From Actinomycetes bacterium (GTDB lineage Bacteria; Actinomycetota; Acidimicrobiia; Acidimicrobiales; Aldehydirespiratoraceae), in the NCBI GenBank assembly GCA_024276495.1, contig JAJRXC010000013.1:6402-70401 (forward strand): a stretch of DNA of 64,000 bases. The letters run 5' to 3'. The position numbers and the translations under genes were made by a program. Shown in pieces: positions 47,595 to 56,016 of the stretch (positions are counted from its first letter, which is position 1; every line of letters begins with the position of its first letter). The notes beneath the pieces are model-generated. The model worked only from the letters and a program-made list of their open reading frames with translations. It was not told the origin of the DNA and ran no database searches.

Positions 47595-48599
47595 ATGGAA
47601 TGGGTGGAAAGCACCGGAGCATCGATCGATGAAGCCAAGGAACGGGCATTGGACCGGCTCGGCGTCCACGGCGACGATGCGGAGTTCGAGATCATCTGTG
47701 ACGTGACGACCGGTCTGTTCGGGCGGGTGAAGGAAGAGGCCCGGGTTCGGGCCCGGGTCGCGCCGGCCACACCGCGAGCCAAGGACGAGCGCCGGGGGCG
47801 TGGTCGCAACCGCGGCGGAAAAGGCGGTGGTCGAGGCAATGGACGGGGCCGCAGTCAAGGTGGCGATCGCGACAACCGTGGCGGCGGTGGTCAGAAGGCT
47901 GCCTCCCAAAAGGGTGGGTCGAAGAACGGTGGATCCCAAAAGGGAGGATCCCGACGCGGGTCGGGGGAGAAGGGCCGTGGCAACGGCCGCAACGACGACG
48001 CCACCGAGCGTGCAGCCAAGAAGACGAGACAGTCCGAGACACACAACGCCAGCTCGCGTGGCGGGAAGAGAGACAACACCATGAACGACGACGAGGGCGC
48101 AACCACGATGCCGCTCCCCCAGCAGGCCGACCTGGCGGAGGAGTTCGTCCGGGGCCTGGCCGAACGGTTCGGCACGCAGGTGGAGTTCTCCCGGGAGGAC
48201 ATCGACGACGACGAGATTCGCATCACGGTCTCGGGAAACGATCTCGGCCGGATGATCGGTCGACGGGGAACGACGGCCGGTGCGATCGACGAGCTGGTCC
48301 GTACGGTCCTGCAACGACAGGCCGGCAGCAGCCGCAACGGCCGGATCCGTGTCGACGTGGGCGGTGTGCGGGCCCGTCGGGCCGAGGCGCTGGCGAACTT
48401 CGCCCGAGCGCAGGCCGCCGAAGTCCGTTCCTCCGGCAGCGCACGCTCGCTCGAGCCGATGTCGGCCGCGGACCGCAAGATCGTCCACGATGCCCTGAGC
48501 GATGAAGAGGGCGTCGAGACAGTGTCCGAAGGCGAGGATTCGCAGCGTCGCGTGGTGATCGTCGTCGCAGAGGGTGCGCCGACGGAGGCTGATGACTGA
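47595..48599 (+). CDS. jag: Jag/KhpB RNA-binding protein (Jag_N, KH, R3H)
   Basis: Track ORF trimmed to ATG 47595 (GAGGAG RBS). It has the N-terminal EAKERALDRLGV Jag_N domain, a long RGG/KGG-rich linker, then KH (GRMIGRRGTTAGAIDELV) and R3H (SAADRKIVHDAL) domains. Confidence 0.88.
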   Translation: MEWVESTGASIDEAKERALDRLGVHGDDAEFEIICDVTTGLFGRVKEEARVRARVAPATPRAKDERRGRGRNRGGKGGGRGNGRGRSQGGDRDNRGGGGQKAASQKGGSKNGGSQKGGSRRGSGEKGRGNGRNDDATERAAKKTRQSETHNASSRGGKRDNTMNDDEGATTMPLPQQADLAEEFVRGLAERFGTQVEFSREDIDDDEIRITVSGNDLGRMIGRRGTTAGAIDELVRTVLQRQAGSSRNGRIRVDVGGVRARRAEALANFARAQAAEVRSSGSARSLEPMSAADRKIVHDALSDEEGVETVSEGEDSQRRVVIVVAEGAPTEADD

Positions 48600-49218
48600 A
48601 CCCGACTGGGCCGCGCTGGACGCTGCCTGGGCCCCGGCCCGAGCGGCCGGCGTGCTCGGCTCGGCGACAACGACGGAGTTGGTGGACCACGCGGCCGGGT
48701 TTGTCCCGGCCGCGTGGCGCGTCTCGCCGGCGTTTCTGGGTGTCGATCTCGGGACCGGCGCCGGCGTTCCGGGTCTCTTGCTGGCCCTCGGGCATCCAGG
48801 GTCCCGCTGGTTGTTGGTCGAGTCGAACGCTCGTCGTGCCGCGCTGGCCCGAGCTGCCGTGCGGGCGACCGGATGCGGGGATCGTGTCGATGTGCGACAC
48901 ATCCGGGCCGAGGACCTCTGCCGGGATCCGAACTGGCGGCAGGGCGCCGACCTGGTCGTGGCCCGGTCCTTCGGTCCGCCCGCCGAAGTCGCCGAATGTG
49001 GTCTTCCGCTTCTCCGCGCCACCGGACGCCTGGTGGTGTCGGTGCGCGCGTCGACCGAGGAGCGATGGCGAGCCGGCGCCGACGGGCTGCTCCCCTTCGC
49101 GGTCACCGACGTGTGGTCGACCTCGGCGGGCCGTTACCTGGCGGTCGAGACGGTGGGTGAGATTGACGATCGTTTCCCGCGGCGCACGGCGGCTCGACGC
49201 CGGCGTCCGGTGTTCTGA
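48592..49218 (+). CDS. rsmG: 16S rRNA (guanine527-N7)-methyltransferase RsmG/GidB
   Basis: Track ORF trimmed to ATG 48592. It has the SAM motif LGVDLGTGAGVPGLLLAL and the conserved position between jag and parA. Confidence 0.88.
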   Translation: MTEPDWAALDAAWAPARAAGVLGSATTTELVDHAAGFVPAAWRVSPAFLGVDLGTGAGVPGLLLALGHPGSRWLLVESNARRAALARAAVRATGCGDRVDVRHIRAEDLCRDPNWRQGADLVVARSFGPPAEVAECGLPLLRATGRLVVSVRASTEERWRAGADGLLPFAVTDVWSTSAGRYLAVETVGEIDDRFPRRTAARRRRPVF

Positions 49219-49229
49219 GCGCGTCGCGC

Positions 49230-49245
49230 TGTTTCACGTGAAACC
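49230..49245. other. parS centromere-like site 1
   Basis: TGTTTCACGTGAAACC; 15/16 to the tGTTNCACGTGAAACa consensus, with a perfect 14-bp palindromic core. Confidence 0.85.
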
Positions 49246-49325
49246 GCGCGCGGTGTCGCGCCGATCGATCCGTCGTCGAGGACGTCGTCGGGGCGGCTCG
49301 ACCTGGCGGTGATGGACCGGAGGGG

Positions 49326-49341
49326 TGTTTCACGTGAAACG
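49326..49341. other. parS centromere-like site 2
   Basis: TGTTTCACGTGAAACG; the same 14-bp core, 96 bp after site 1 and upstream of parA. Confidence 0.85.
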
Positions 49342-49463
49342 TCTCGCCCGGCGACCTGGTCCATCGCGCGGTGGTGATCGACCGACGCGGCCGCGCAGAG
49401 ACCCGGCCCGACCGTGGGTGTTTTCCACAACGGTCCTTGACCCTTGGTGCGCCAGCGGGGAGG

Positions 49464-50312
49464 ATGTCACGGTTCCGAAGCGCGAGTGCTTCGATGAAGG
49501 GAGAGTGCCTCGTGGCATTCCTGCAAGAGGATGCGACAGCCGCGTCCGGTCCCCGGATCTTCGCGGTGGCGAATCAGAAGGGAGGAGTGGGAAAGACCAC
49601 GACGACCGTGAACCTCGGTGCGTGTTTCGCGGAGCTCGGCCAACGAGTGCTGATCGTGGATCTCGATCCTCAGGCCAACGCGAGCACCGGGTTGGGCCTG
49701 AATCCCCGCCAGCTCGACCATTCGTTGTACGACGTCTTGTTGCACGACGTCCCCATTGAGGACGTGATCGAACCGGTGTCCGTCAAGAATCTCTATGTGG
49801 CACCCGCGAGCCTGGATCTTGCCGGCGCGGAGATCGAGCTGGTGCCGGCGCTCAACCGGGAGCGCCAACTCAAGGAAGCGATCGCCGCGGTTGCCGGCGA
49901 CTACGACATCGTGTTGATCGACTGTCCCCCATCACTCGGTCTTCTTACCATCAACGGTCTCACCGCAGCCAACGAGGTGCTCGTCCCCATCCAGACCGAG
50001 TACTACGCACTGGAAGGCCTCGGGCAGCTCATCCGAAACGTCGACCTCGTCACCCGCAATCTCAACCCCACGCTGGTGCTCAGCACGATCGTCCTGGTGA
50101 TGTTCGATGCGCGGACCAAGCTCTCTGGCCAGGTCGCCGATGAGGTTCGGGCCCATTTCGGCGACAAGGTGTGTCGTCAGGTGATTCCGCGGACCGTCCG
50201 ACTGAGCGAGGCGCCGAGCTTCGGGCAGCCGATCACGGCATTCGATCCGATGTCGCGCGGCGCGATCGCGTATCGTGAGCTTGCAAAGGAGATCCTCGGT
50301 GGCGAAGCGTAG
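49464..50312 (+). CDS. parA: chromosome partitioning ATPase ParA/Soj
   Basis: Frame of track ORF 49371..50312. It has the deviant Walker A IFAVANQKGGVGKTTT and DLDPQANAS. The start is uncertain (ATG 49464 or 49494). Confidence 0.9.
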   Translation: MSRFRSASASMKGECLVAFLQEDATAASGPRIFAVANQKGGVGKTTTTVNLGACFAELGQRVLIVDLDPQANASTGLGLNPRQLDHSLYDVLLHDVPIEDVIEPVSVKNLYVAPASLDLAGAEIELVPALNRERQLKEAIAAVAGDYDIVLIDCPPSLGLLTINGLTAANEVLVPIQTEYYALEGLGQLIRNVDLVTRNLNPTLVLSTIVLVMFDARTKLSGQVADEVRAHFGDKVCRQVIPRTVRLSEAPSFGQPITAFDPMSRGAIAYRELAKEILGGEA

Positions 50313-51204
50313 TGGCCTCGGAAAGGGACTCAGTTCGCTGATTCCCGCGGATGTGACGACGGAGGGCGCCGTCTATCAGGAAATCGACGTGAACGAGGTG
50401 TTCCCGAATCCGTATCAGCCCCGGGAGCACTTCGACGAGGAAACCTTGTCCGCGTTGGCGGCGTCGGTGGCCGAGGTCGGCGTGATCCAGCCGATCGTGG
50501 TCCGGCTCCGTGAGGAGGGCGGCTACGAGTTGATCGCTGGAGAGCGTCGCTGGCGAGCGGCGAAGAGGGCCAAGTTGCCGGCGATTCCGGCGCTTGTTCG
50601 CGGCGCCGATGATCGTGCCAGTCTCGAGACGGCCGTGGTCGAGAACCTCCATCGCCAGGATCTCAACGCGCTCGAGGAGGCAGCCGCGTACCAACAGTTG
50701 ATCGAGGAGTTCGGACTGACGCAGGATGAGGTGTCGGCGCGGGTCGGGCGTTCGCGATCAGCAGTTGCGAACACCATTCGCCTTCTCCAACTCCCGCCTT
50801 CCGTACAACGAATGGTGATCGAGGGGCAGATCAGCGCCGGACATGCCAGAGCGCTGCTCGCCACGCCGGATCGTTCGGCTCAGGAACGGATGGCGGCCCG
50901 GATCGTGGCCGATGGTCTGACCGTTCGCCAGGTCGAAGATCTCCTGCGTGATGCGGATCCGACGTCTGCGGACGGTGACGCGGGGAGTGAGGAGGCGCCG
51001 GTCTCCGCCGGTGGAGGAGCGGCGCGGTCGTCGTTGCCGGAGCCGGGGGTGCTGGAGTTGGAGGAGTTGTTGGCGGCCCGTCTGGCGACTCGGGTCTCGG
51101 TCACGTTGGGCAAGGGCCCGGGAAAGTTGGTGGTCGAGTTCGCCGATCTCGATGATCTCGAGCGGATCTATCGTGTGATCACGCCACCCGGCACGGTGGT
51201 GTGA
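50299..51204 (+). CDS. parB: chromosome partitioning protein ParB/Spo0J
   Basis: Track ORF 50275..51204. GTG 50299 has an AAAGGAG RBS 7 nt upstream. It has KRSGLGKGLSSLIP, the arginine patch ELIAGERRWRAA and an HTH. Confidence 0.9.
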   Translation: MAKRSGLGKGLSSLIPADVTTEGAVYQEIDVNEVFPNPYQPREHFDEETLSALAASVAEVGVIQPIVVRLREEGGYELIAGERRWRAAKRAKLPAIPALVRGADDRASLETAVVENLHRQDLNALEEAAAYQQLIEEFGLTQDEVSARVGRSRSAVANTIRLLQLPPSVQRMVIEGQISAGHARALLATPDRSAQERMAARIVADGLTVRQVEDLLRDADPTSADGDAGSEEAPVSAGGGAARSSLPEPGVLELEELLAARLATRVSVTLGKGPGKLVVEFADLDDLERIYRVITPPGTVV

Positions 51205-51327
51205 GGCCTGCTCGCAACATCCCGAACTTATCCACAGGGCGAGGGGATAAGTGACGGCGCGGATGTCTCTACCTACAGAAACAAGGCGGTGGGCTGGGGT
51301 TCGAGCTGGGGAAAGTGGTTGACGGTG

Positions 51328-52341
51328 TCAACCCTCATCCGGCGGATCGACACACCACGCGGTCACAGCACTACGCAGAGCGTTCACCACGGACGCGGAT
51401 TGCTCGATGACCTGCGTCGCGGGCCCGAGTCGACACCACACCGCGGGCATTCGGGTCTCCCGCAGGATCGGGAGACGCATGCCCGCGGCGACGACAGCCT
51501 CGTCGAACAGCCCGTCGAGGGCGCGGGCACAGCCGTGGGCCAGCGTGCGCCCCCCGTGGGAGGTGAACCCCTCGATCTCGAAGTAGGAGATCTGTTGGTC
51601 GGTCGGCGCGAGGGTGAGACCCAGATACGCGTTGCCGTCCCATCCGTTGGCGGCTCGGGCCTGCTCGGAGAGATCGGGATGGTGCAGCGTCAGCACCTCG
51701 GCCCCGTCGTGGCGAAGCCGCCGGGCCAGCGCGCTCACGATGGCCGGGAGCCCGCCCGCCTCACCGATCACGAGGCGCAGGCCGTCGACACCCGCGTGGG
51801 TGCGGAGCAGCTCGTGCTCGCGGACCTCGGCGACGGTCTTGTCGCCCGATCGCCGGCCCGCCAGGCGATCGAGCGCCGCGATCGTCTTGCGTCCGGCCAC
51901 CCCGTCGGGCGTGAGGCCCTGATTGTGCTGGAAGTCGCGAAGGGCGGCTTCGGTGTCGGGCCCGAAGATCCCGTCGAGCCAGCCGGTGTCGAACCCGAGT
52001 CGGCCGAGCCGCTGTTGGAGGTCGGTGACGTCGTCGCCTCTGGTCATCGGTGAGCGCAGATAGATCATGCGGTCTCCGAGCCGATGGTCCGCATCGACGA
52101 GGGCGGCCCAGGTCTGACGGGCGCAGATGCCGTCCTCCACCAGTCGCCGGGTGGCCTGGAACTCGCGGAGGGCTTTTTCGGTGTGGTCGTCGAAGCAGTC
52201 GGGATCCCCCGTGTCGGGGAATCCGACGGCGCCGAGCCGTCGATGGAGATCCCGCACCGCGTTGCCGGTGTCGCCGCGCCGGATCGGCAGGCCGAAGCGC
52301 GGCGTATCCGATCGGTCGGAGAGGGAATCAGGAGCGGACAT
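51328..52341 (-). CDS. N-acetylmuramoyl-L-alanine amidase-like protein with two peptidoglycan-binding domains (CwlM-like)
   Basis: Track ORF 51328..52689 trimmed to ATG 52341. It has two PG_binding_1 repeats (GDTGNAVRDLHRRLGAVGF..., GDDVTDLQQRLGRLGF...DGIFGPDTEAALRDFQ) and an Amidase_3-like C-terminal half. The position next to trxA/trxB is as for mycobacterial cwlM. Confidence 0.8.
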   Translation of the reverse strand: MSAPDSLSDRSDTPRFGLPIRRGDTGNAVRDLHRRLGAVGFPDTGDPDCFDDHTEKALREFQATRRLVEDGICARQTWAALVDADHRLGDRMIYLRSPMTRGDDVTDLQQRLGRLGFDTGWLDGIFGPDTEAALRDFQHNQGLTPDGVAGRKTIAALDRLAGRRSGDKTVAEVREHELLRTHAGVDGLRLVIGEAGGLPAIVSALARRLRHDGAEVLTLHHPDLSEQARAANGWDGNAYLGLTLAPTDQQISYFEIEGFTSHGGRTLAHGCARALDGLFDEAVVAAGMRLPILRETRMPAVWCRLGPATQVIEQSASVVNALRSAVTAWCVDPPDEG

Positions 52342-52454
52342 CGTTGCCCGAGCGTACTGGCCGAGTGGCGACGCCCGGACGCGCACCGGCCGACCGGGCC
52401 GGTGTCGGTGAGGTGAAGGCCCGGGTGCGGCCCGGTGACGGCTCCCCGTTGTGG

Positions 52455-52781
52455 CTAGAGGAACTCGGCGACGTCGTCGAGCAGCGCCTGCTTCGGCTTG
52501 GCGCCGATGATCCGCGTCGCTTCCTCGCCGTCCTTGAACAAGATCATGGTGGGGATGCTCATGACCTCGTAGCGACGGGCGATCTCCGGGGCGTCGTCGA
52601 CGTTGAGCTTCGCGATCTTGATCACGTCGCCCTTCTCGTCGGCGATCTCCTCGAGGATCGGAGCGATCATCTTGCAGGGGCCGCACCACTCGGCCCAGAA
52701 ATCGACCAGGACCGGAGTGGAGGAACTGCCGATCTCCTCGTCGAAGGTTGCGTCCGAGAGGTGGGGTAGGGCTCCGGCCAT
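52455..52781 (-). CDS. trxA: thioredoxin
   Basis: Track ORF 52455..52814 trimmed to ATG 52781. It has the active site WAEWCGPCK. Confidence 0.93.
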   Translation of the reverse strand: MAGALPHLSDATFDEEIGSSSTPVLVDFWAEWCGPCKMIAPILEEIADEKGDVIKIAKLNVDDAPEIARRYEVMSIPTMILFKDGEEATRIIGAKPKQALLDDVAEFL

Positions 52782-52881
52782 GGGGTTGGTCTCTTTCTGT
52801 CGAACCGTGGGCATGATCGGTGGACCATGTGCAGGGAAGGAACGTTGCGGACGTGCCGACTATTCCCTTCCGGTGCCGACC

Positions 52882-53847
52882 CTAGCCGGATTGGGCTTCG
52901 AGCCAGCGTTCGGCATCGATCGCGGCCATGCAGCCGGAGCCGGCCGCGGTGATGGCCTGTCGGTAGACGTCGTCTTGGACGTCGCCACAGGCGAACACGC
53001 CCTCGATGTTGGTGGATGACGAGTCGGGGCCGGTGACCAGGTATCCGTTGTCCTTGCGTTCGAGCTGCCCGGCGAAGAGATCGGTGTTGGGTCGGTGGCC
53101 GATCGCGAGGAAGACACCACCGAACTGAACATCGTTCATCTCACCGGTCTCGCTGGACCTGAGCCGCAGGCCGTCGAGCTTCCCGTCGGCGGCCAGGTAC
53201 TCGTCCACAACGGTGTTCCAGAGGAACTCGATCTTCGGATTCGCACGAGCCCGATCCTGCATGATCTGCGATGCCCGCAGCTCGTCGCGGCGATGGATGA
53301 TGGTCACCTTGCTCGCGAATCGGCTCAGGAAGTTCGCCTCCTCGAGGGCCGAGTCCCCGCCCCCGACGACAGCGATCTCCTGGTCGCGAAAGAAGAAGCC
53401 GTCGCAGGTTGCACACGTCGACAACCCGTGGCCGATGAGCTCCTTTTCGTTCGGGAGGTCGAGCATCAACGACCGGGCGCCGGTGGAGACGATGACGGAT
53501 TGGGCCCGGTAGGTCGGTTCGCCGGCGTCGGGATCGCCGACCCAGATGCCGAAGGGGCGGGCCGAGAGATCGACCCGGGACGCCTTCACCGTCTCGATTT
53601 CGGCCCCGAACCGCAGGGCCTGCTCGCGGAAGTTCTGCATCAGCTCCGGGCCGAGGATGCCGTCGGGAAAACCCGGATAGTTCTCGACATCGGTGGTCAA
53701 CATGAGTTGTCCACCCGGTTGATCGCTGGTGCTGCTCGGCTCGCCTTCGAGGACGAGGGGTGACAGGTTGGCCCGGGCGGTGTAGATGGCGGCGGTGAGA
53801 CCGGCCGGGCCGGATCCGATGATGATGACTTCGCGGGGATCGGTCAC
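52882..53847 (-). CDS. trxB: thioredoxin-disulfide reductase
   Basis: 321-aa ORF with GSGPAG, the redox centre CATCDG, GGGDSA and GDV motifs. Confidence 0.95.
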   Translation of the reverse strand: MTDPREVIIIGSGPAGLTAAIYTARANLSPLVLEGEPSSTSDQPGGQLMLTTDVENYPGFPDGILGPELMQNFREQALRFGAEIETVKASRVDLSARPFGIWVGDPDAGEPTYRAQSVIVSTGARSLMLDLPNEKELIGHGLSTCATCDGFFFRDQEIAVVGGGDSALEEANFLSRFASKVTIIHRRDELRASQIMQDRARANPKIEFLWNTVVDEYLAADGKLDGLRLRSSETGEMNDVQFGGVFLAIGHRPNTDLFAGQLERKDNGYLVTGPDSSSTNIEGVFACGDVQDDVYRQAITAAGSGCMAAIDAERWLEAQSG

Positions 53848-53925
53848 GTGATGTCCTGATTTCTGGTCGGCAGGGGACGGGGGCTGTCGGGAACAACCAT
53901 CGGGAGCCGCGGGCGATTCCCGGAT

Positions 53926-54333
53926 CTACGAGAACCCATCGATCACCGCGTAGCTCACGATCACGACGATGATGAGGGCGTCGACGACGAGGGCGAGGCC
54001 GAGGCGGCGGAGGTTCTCCGTCTTGCGGCTGCCCCAGAGTCCGAAACCGATGAGCGCCAACAGGGTGCCGATGAACAGATGGGCGGCCCACGTGGCATCG
54101 CCGACCCCGGCGCCGATCGGGAGATAGGCGTCGGCCAGGCGCACCAGGATCACGACGAAGAAGATGAGCGCGGTGATGACGAACACGAACGCGACGAGGC
54201 CGAACACGATGCCGCGCAGGGCTCGCACCGCGTTGTCGGTGCCCATGGACTTGGCCCGGTCGATGACATCGATGATCGAGTCGGCCGCGTTGGCGACCCA
54301 GTCGTCTTTGGTTGTGGATGTCTCCTCGGCCAT
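53926..54333 (-). CDS. hypothetical membrane protein (three predicted TM segments)
   Basis: 135-aa ORF with hydrophobic stretches (IVFGLVAFVFVITALIFFVVILV, WAAHLFIGTLLALIGFGLW, LALVVDALIIVVIVSYAVI). I recognise no family. Confidence 0.6.
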   Translation of the reverse strand: MAEETSTTKDDWVANAADSIIDVIDRAKSMGTDNAVRALRGIVFGLVAFVFVITALIFFVVILVRLADAYLPIGAGVGDATWAAHLFIGTLLALIGFGLWGSRKTENLRRLGLALVVDALIIVVIVSYAVIDGFS

Positions 54334-54360
54334 GGCGTCGGAGCCTATCCGCCCCGGCCC

Positions 54361-54423
54361 CCCCCGGCTTCTCTGACGCCGCGATCGCGCATGGCGCGAT
54401 CAACGCGTCAGAAAAGCCGGGGG
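54361..54423. repeat. palindromic intergenic repeat, copy 3 (imperfect)
   Basis: CCCCCGGCTTCTCTGACGCCGCGATCGCGC-ATG-GCGCGATCAACGCGTCAGAAAAGCCGGGGG. It contains the identical 23-mer at 54395-54417, preceded by a C-run and followed by a G-run. Confidence 0.85.
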
Positions 54424-55409
54424 GGAGAGACGGTGCAGGTCTCGAGGTCGACGACGAGGAGGGCGGTCGGGCCGTCGGCCAACACGAAGAGCCCGACCCC
54501 GGCCGGCCGGCCGGCGACCTCGGCGGTCGCGAAGTCGGCGGCGACCACCGTCGCCGGGAGGTCGATCCCGGCGAGGCCCTCGAAGGCTTCGGGACAACCG
54601 AACTCGTCGAGGAGCGTCTTCGCGACGTTCCCGACGTTCCCGACGGTGTCGAGCGGGGCCGGCGCCGTCGCGCCGTCGCCGAAGTCGGTCGTGTCCTCGA
54701 CTGTACCCGCGTCGTCGCCCGCCATGGCTTCGGCCGCGGCGACCTCGCTGGCCGCCGCCCGCTCGTAGAGCTCGACCACCGTCGCTTCGAGATCGGACTC
54801 GGTGTCGAAAAGGCCGAGATCATCGTCGAGGGGATCGAACCCGGACGGGGGCGACAAGTCGGCGTCCACCGACGCCTCACGGTCGCCGGCCTCCAACGCG
54901 GTCAGCCCGTCGTCGGCCATGTCGGCGCCCGCGGATTCCATCATGACCTCGTCGGCGGGGGCGGCCGCCTCGCCTCCCGCGTCGACGTCGTCGGCCTCTG
55001 CCGCGTCGGCGGTGGCCGGGGCGCTGTCGGCCACGTCGGTGTCGGCCCCGGAGTCGAGCGACCGAAGCACGGGGACCGCGATGGCGAGCGCCGCGACGCC
55101 GGCGGCCACCGTGACGAGACGTGTCCGCCAGACCCCGCGCCGTTGCCGGGCCGCGCCGAGATCGGTCACGGCGCGGGAGGTCGCGCTCGCGGCGAGCGCC
55201 GCCGAGATGAGGCGATCACGGTCGTCGACGGGAAGCGGACGAGGCGCGACCGCGGCCAGCTCCGACGCGGCCTGCAGCTCCGAGCGGCGCCGCCGCAGCA
55301 CCGGATCACCCGCCAACCGTTCGTCGAGGCGCGTTCGCTCGTCGACGGTGAGCTCACCGTCGAGATGAGCCGAGAGAAGCTCGTCGTCGGAAGGGGTCGA
55401 GTCGGGCAT
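54408..55409 (-). CDS. anti-sigma factor (single-pass membrane protein)
   Basis: Track ORF 54408..55889 trimmed to ATG 55409, 3 nt after the sigma stop. It has an N-terminal LSAHLDGELTVDERTRLDERLAGDP anti-sigma motif, a TM (LVTVAAGVAALAIAVPVL) and an acidic extracytoplasmic region. Confidence 0.7.
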   Translation of the reverse strand: MPDSTPSDDELLSAHLDGELTVDERTRLDERLAGDPVLRRRRSELQAASELAAVAPRPLPVDDRDRLISAALAASATSRAVTDLGAARQRRGVWRTRLVTVAAGVAALAIAVPVLRSLDSGADTDVADSAPATADAAEADDVDAGGEAAAPADEVMMESAGADMADDGLTALEAGDREASVDADLSPPSGFDPLDDDLGLFDTESDLEATVVELYERAAASEVAAAEAMAGDDAGTVEDTTDFGDGATAPAPLDTVGNVGNVAKTLLDEFGCPEAFEGLAGIDLPATVVAADFATAEVAGRPAGVGLFVLADGPTALLVVDLETCTVSPPRLF

Positions 55410-55411
55410 GG

Positions 55412-55990
55412 CTATGAGTTGTGACGTTCGTCGGGGGTGGTCTGGTTCCCGGAGATCGCGTCGGCGAGCCTCGCCCGGCCGCGGGCGATGCGTGATCGGA
55501 CCGTTCCGGGGGCGAGATCGAGGACCTCGGCGATCTCGGCGTAGTCGAGGCCGGCCACGTCGCGAAGGACCACCGCGGTGCGGAACTCCTCGGGGACGAG
55601 CGCGAGCCCGCGGTCGACGTCGATCGCCGCGCTCACGGTCTCCGCCGGATCGCGCGGCGTGGTTCCCCCGACCGGCGACAACGACGCGGTCTCGTAGTCG
55701 GGAAGGCCGGGATCGGGTCGGCGGCCGCGACGACGCAGCTCGTCGAGGCACGCGTTGGTGGCCACCCGATACGACCAGGTGGAGAACTTGGCCCGGCCGT
55801 CGAACCGGGGGAGGCCCTTGACGATGGCGATCAACGCCTCCTGGGTCGCGTCGAGCGCGTCGGCATCGTTGCCCGCGAGCCGGCGACACAACGCATGGAT
55901 GCGGTCCTGATGCATCCGCAACAGCTGGTCGAGGGCTTGTTGGTCCCCTCGTTGCGAGGCGCTGATCAGCGTCGTTTCGTCCACAGGCAC
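55412..55990 (-). CDS. ECF RNA polymerase sigma factor (SigM-like position)
   Basis: 192-aa ORF. It has region 2 (DATQEALIAIVKGLPRFDGRAKFSTWSYRVATNACLDELRRR) and region 4 (VVLRDVAGLDYAEIAEVLDLAPGTVRSRIARGR). Confidence 0.88.
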   Translation of the reverse strand: MPVDETTLISASQRGDQQALDQLLRMHQDRIHALCRRLAGNDADALDATQEALIAIVKGLPRFDGRAKFSTWSYRVATNACLDELRRRGRRPDPGLPDYETASLSPVGGTTPRDPAETVSAAIDVDRGLALVPEEFRTAVVLRDVAGLDYAEIAEVLDLAPGTVRSRIARGRARLADAISGNQTTPDERHNS

Positions 55991-56016
55991 GATGCGCGGA
56001 CCCTACCGCAGTCGCC

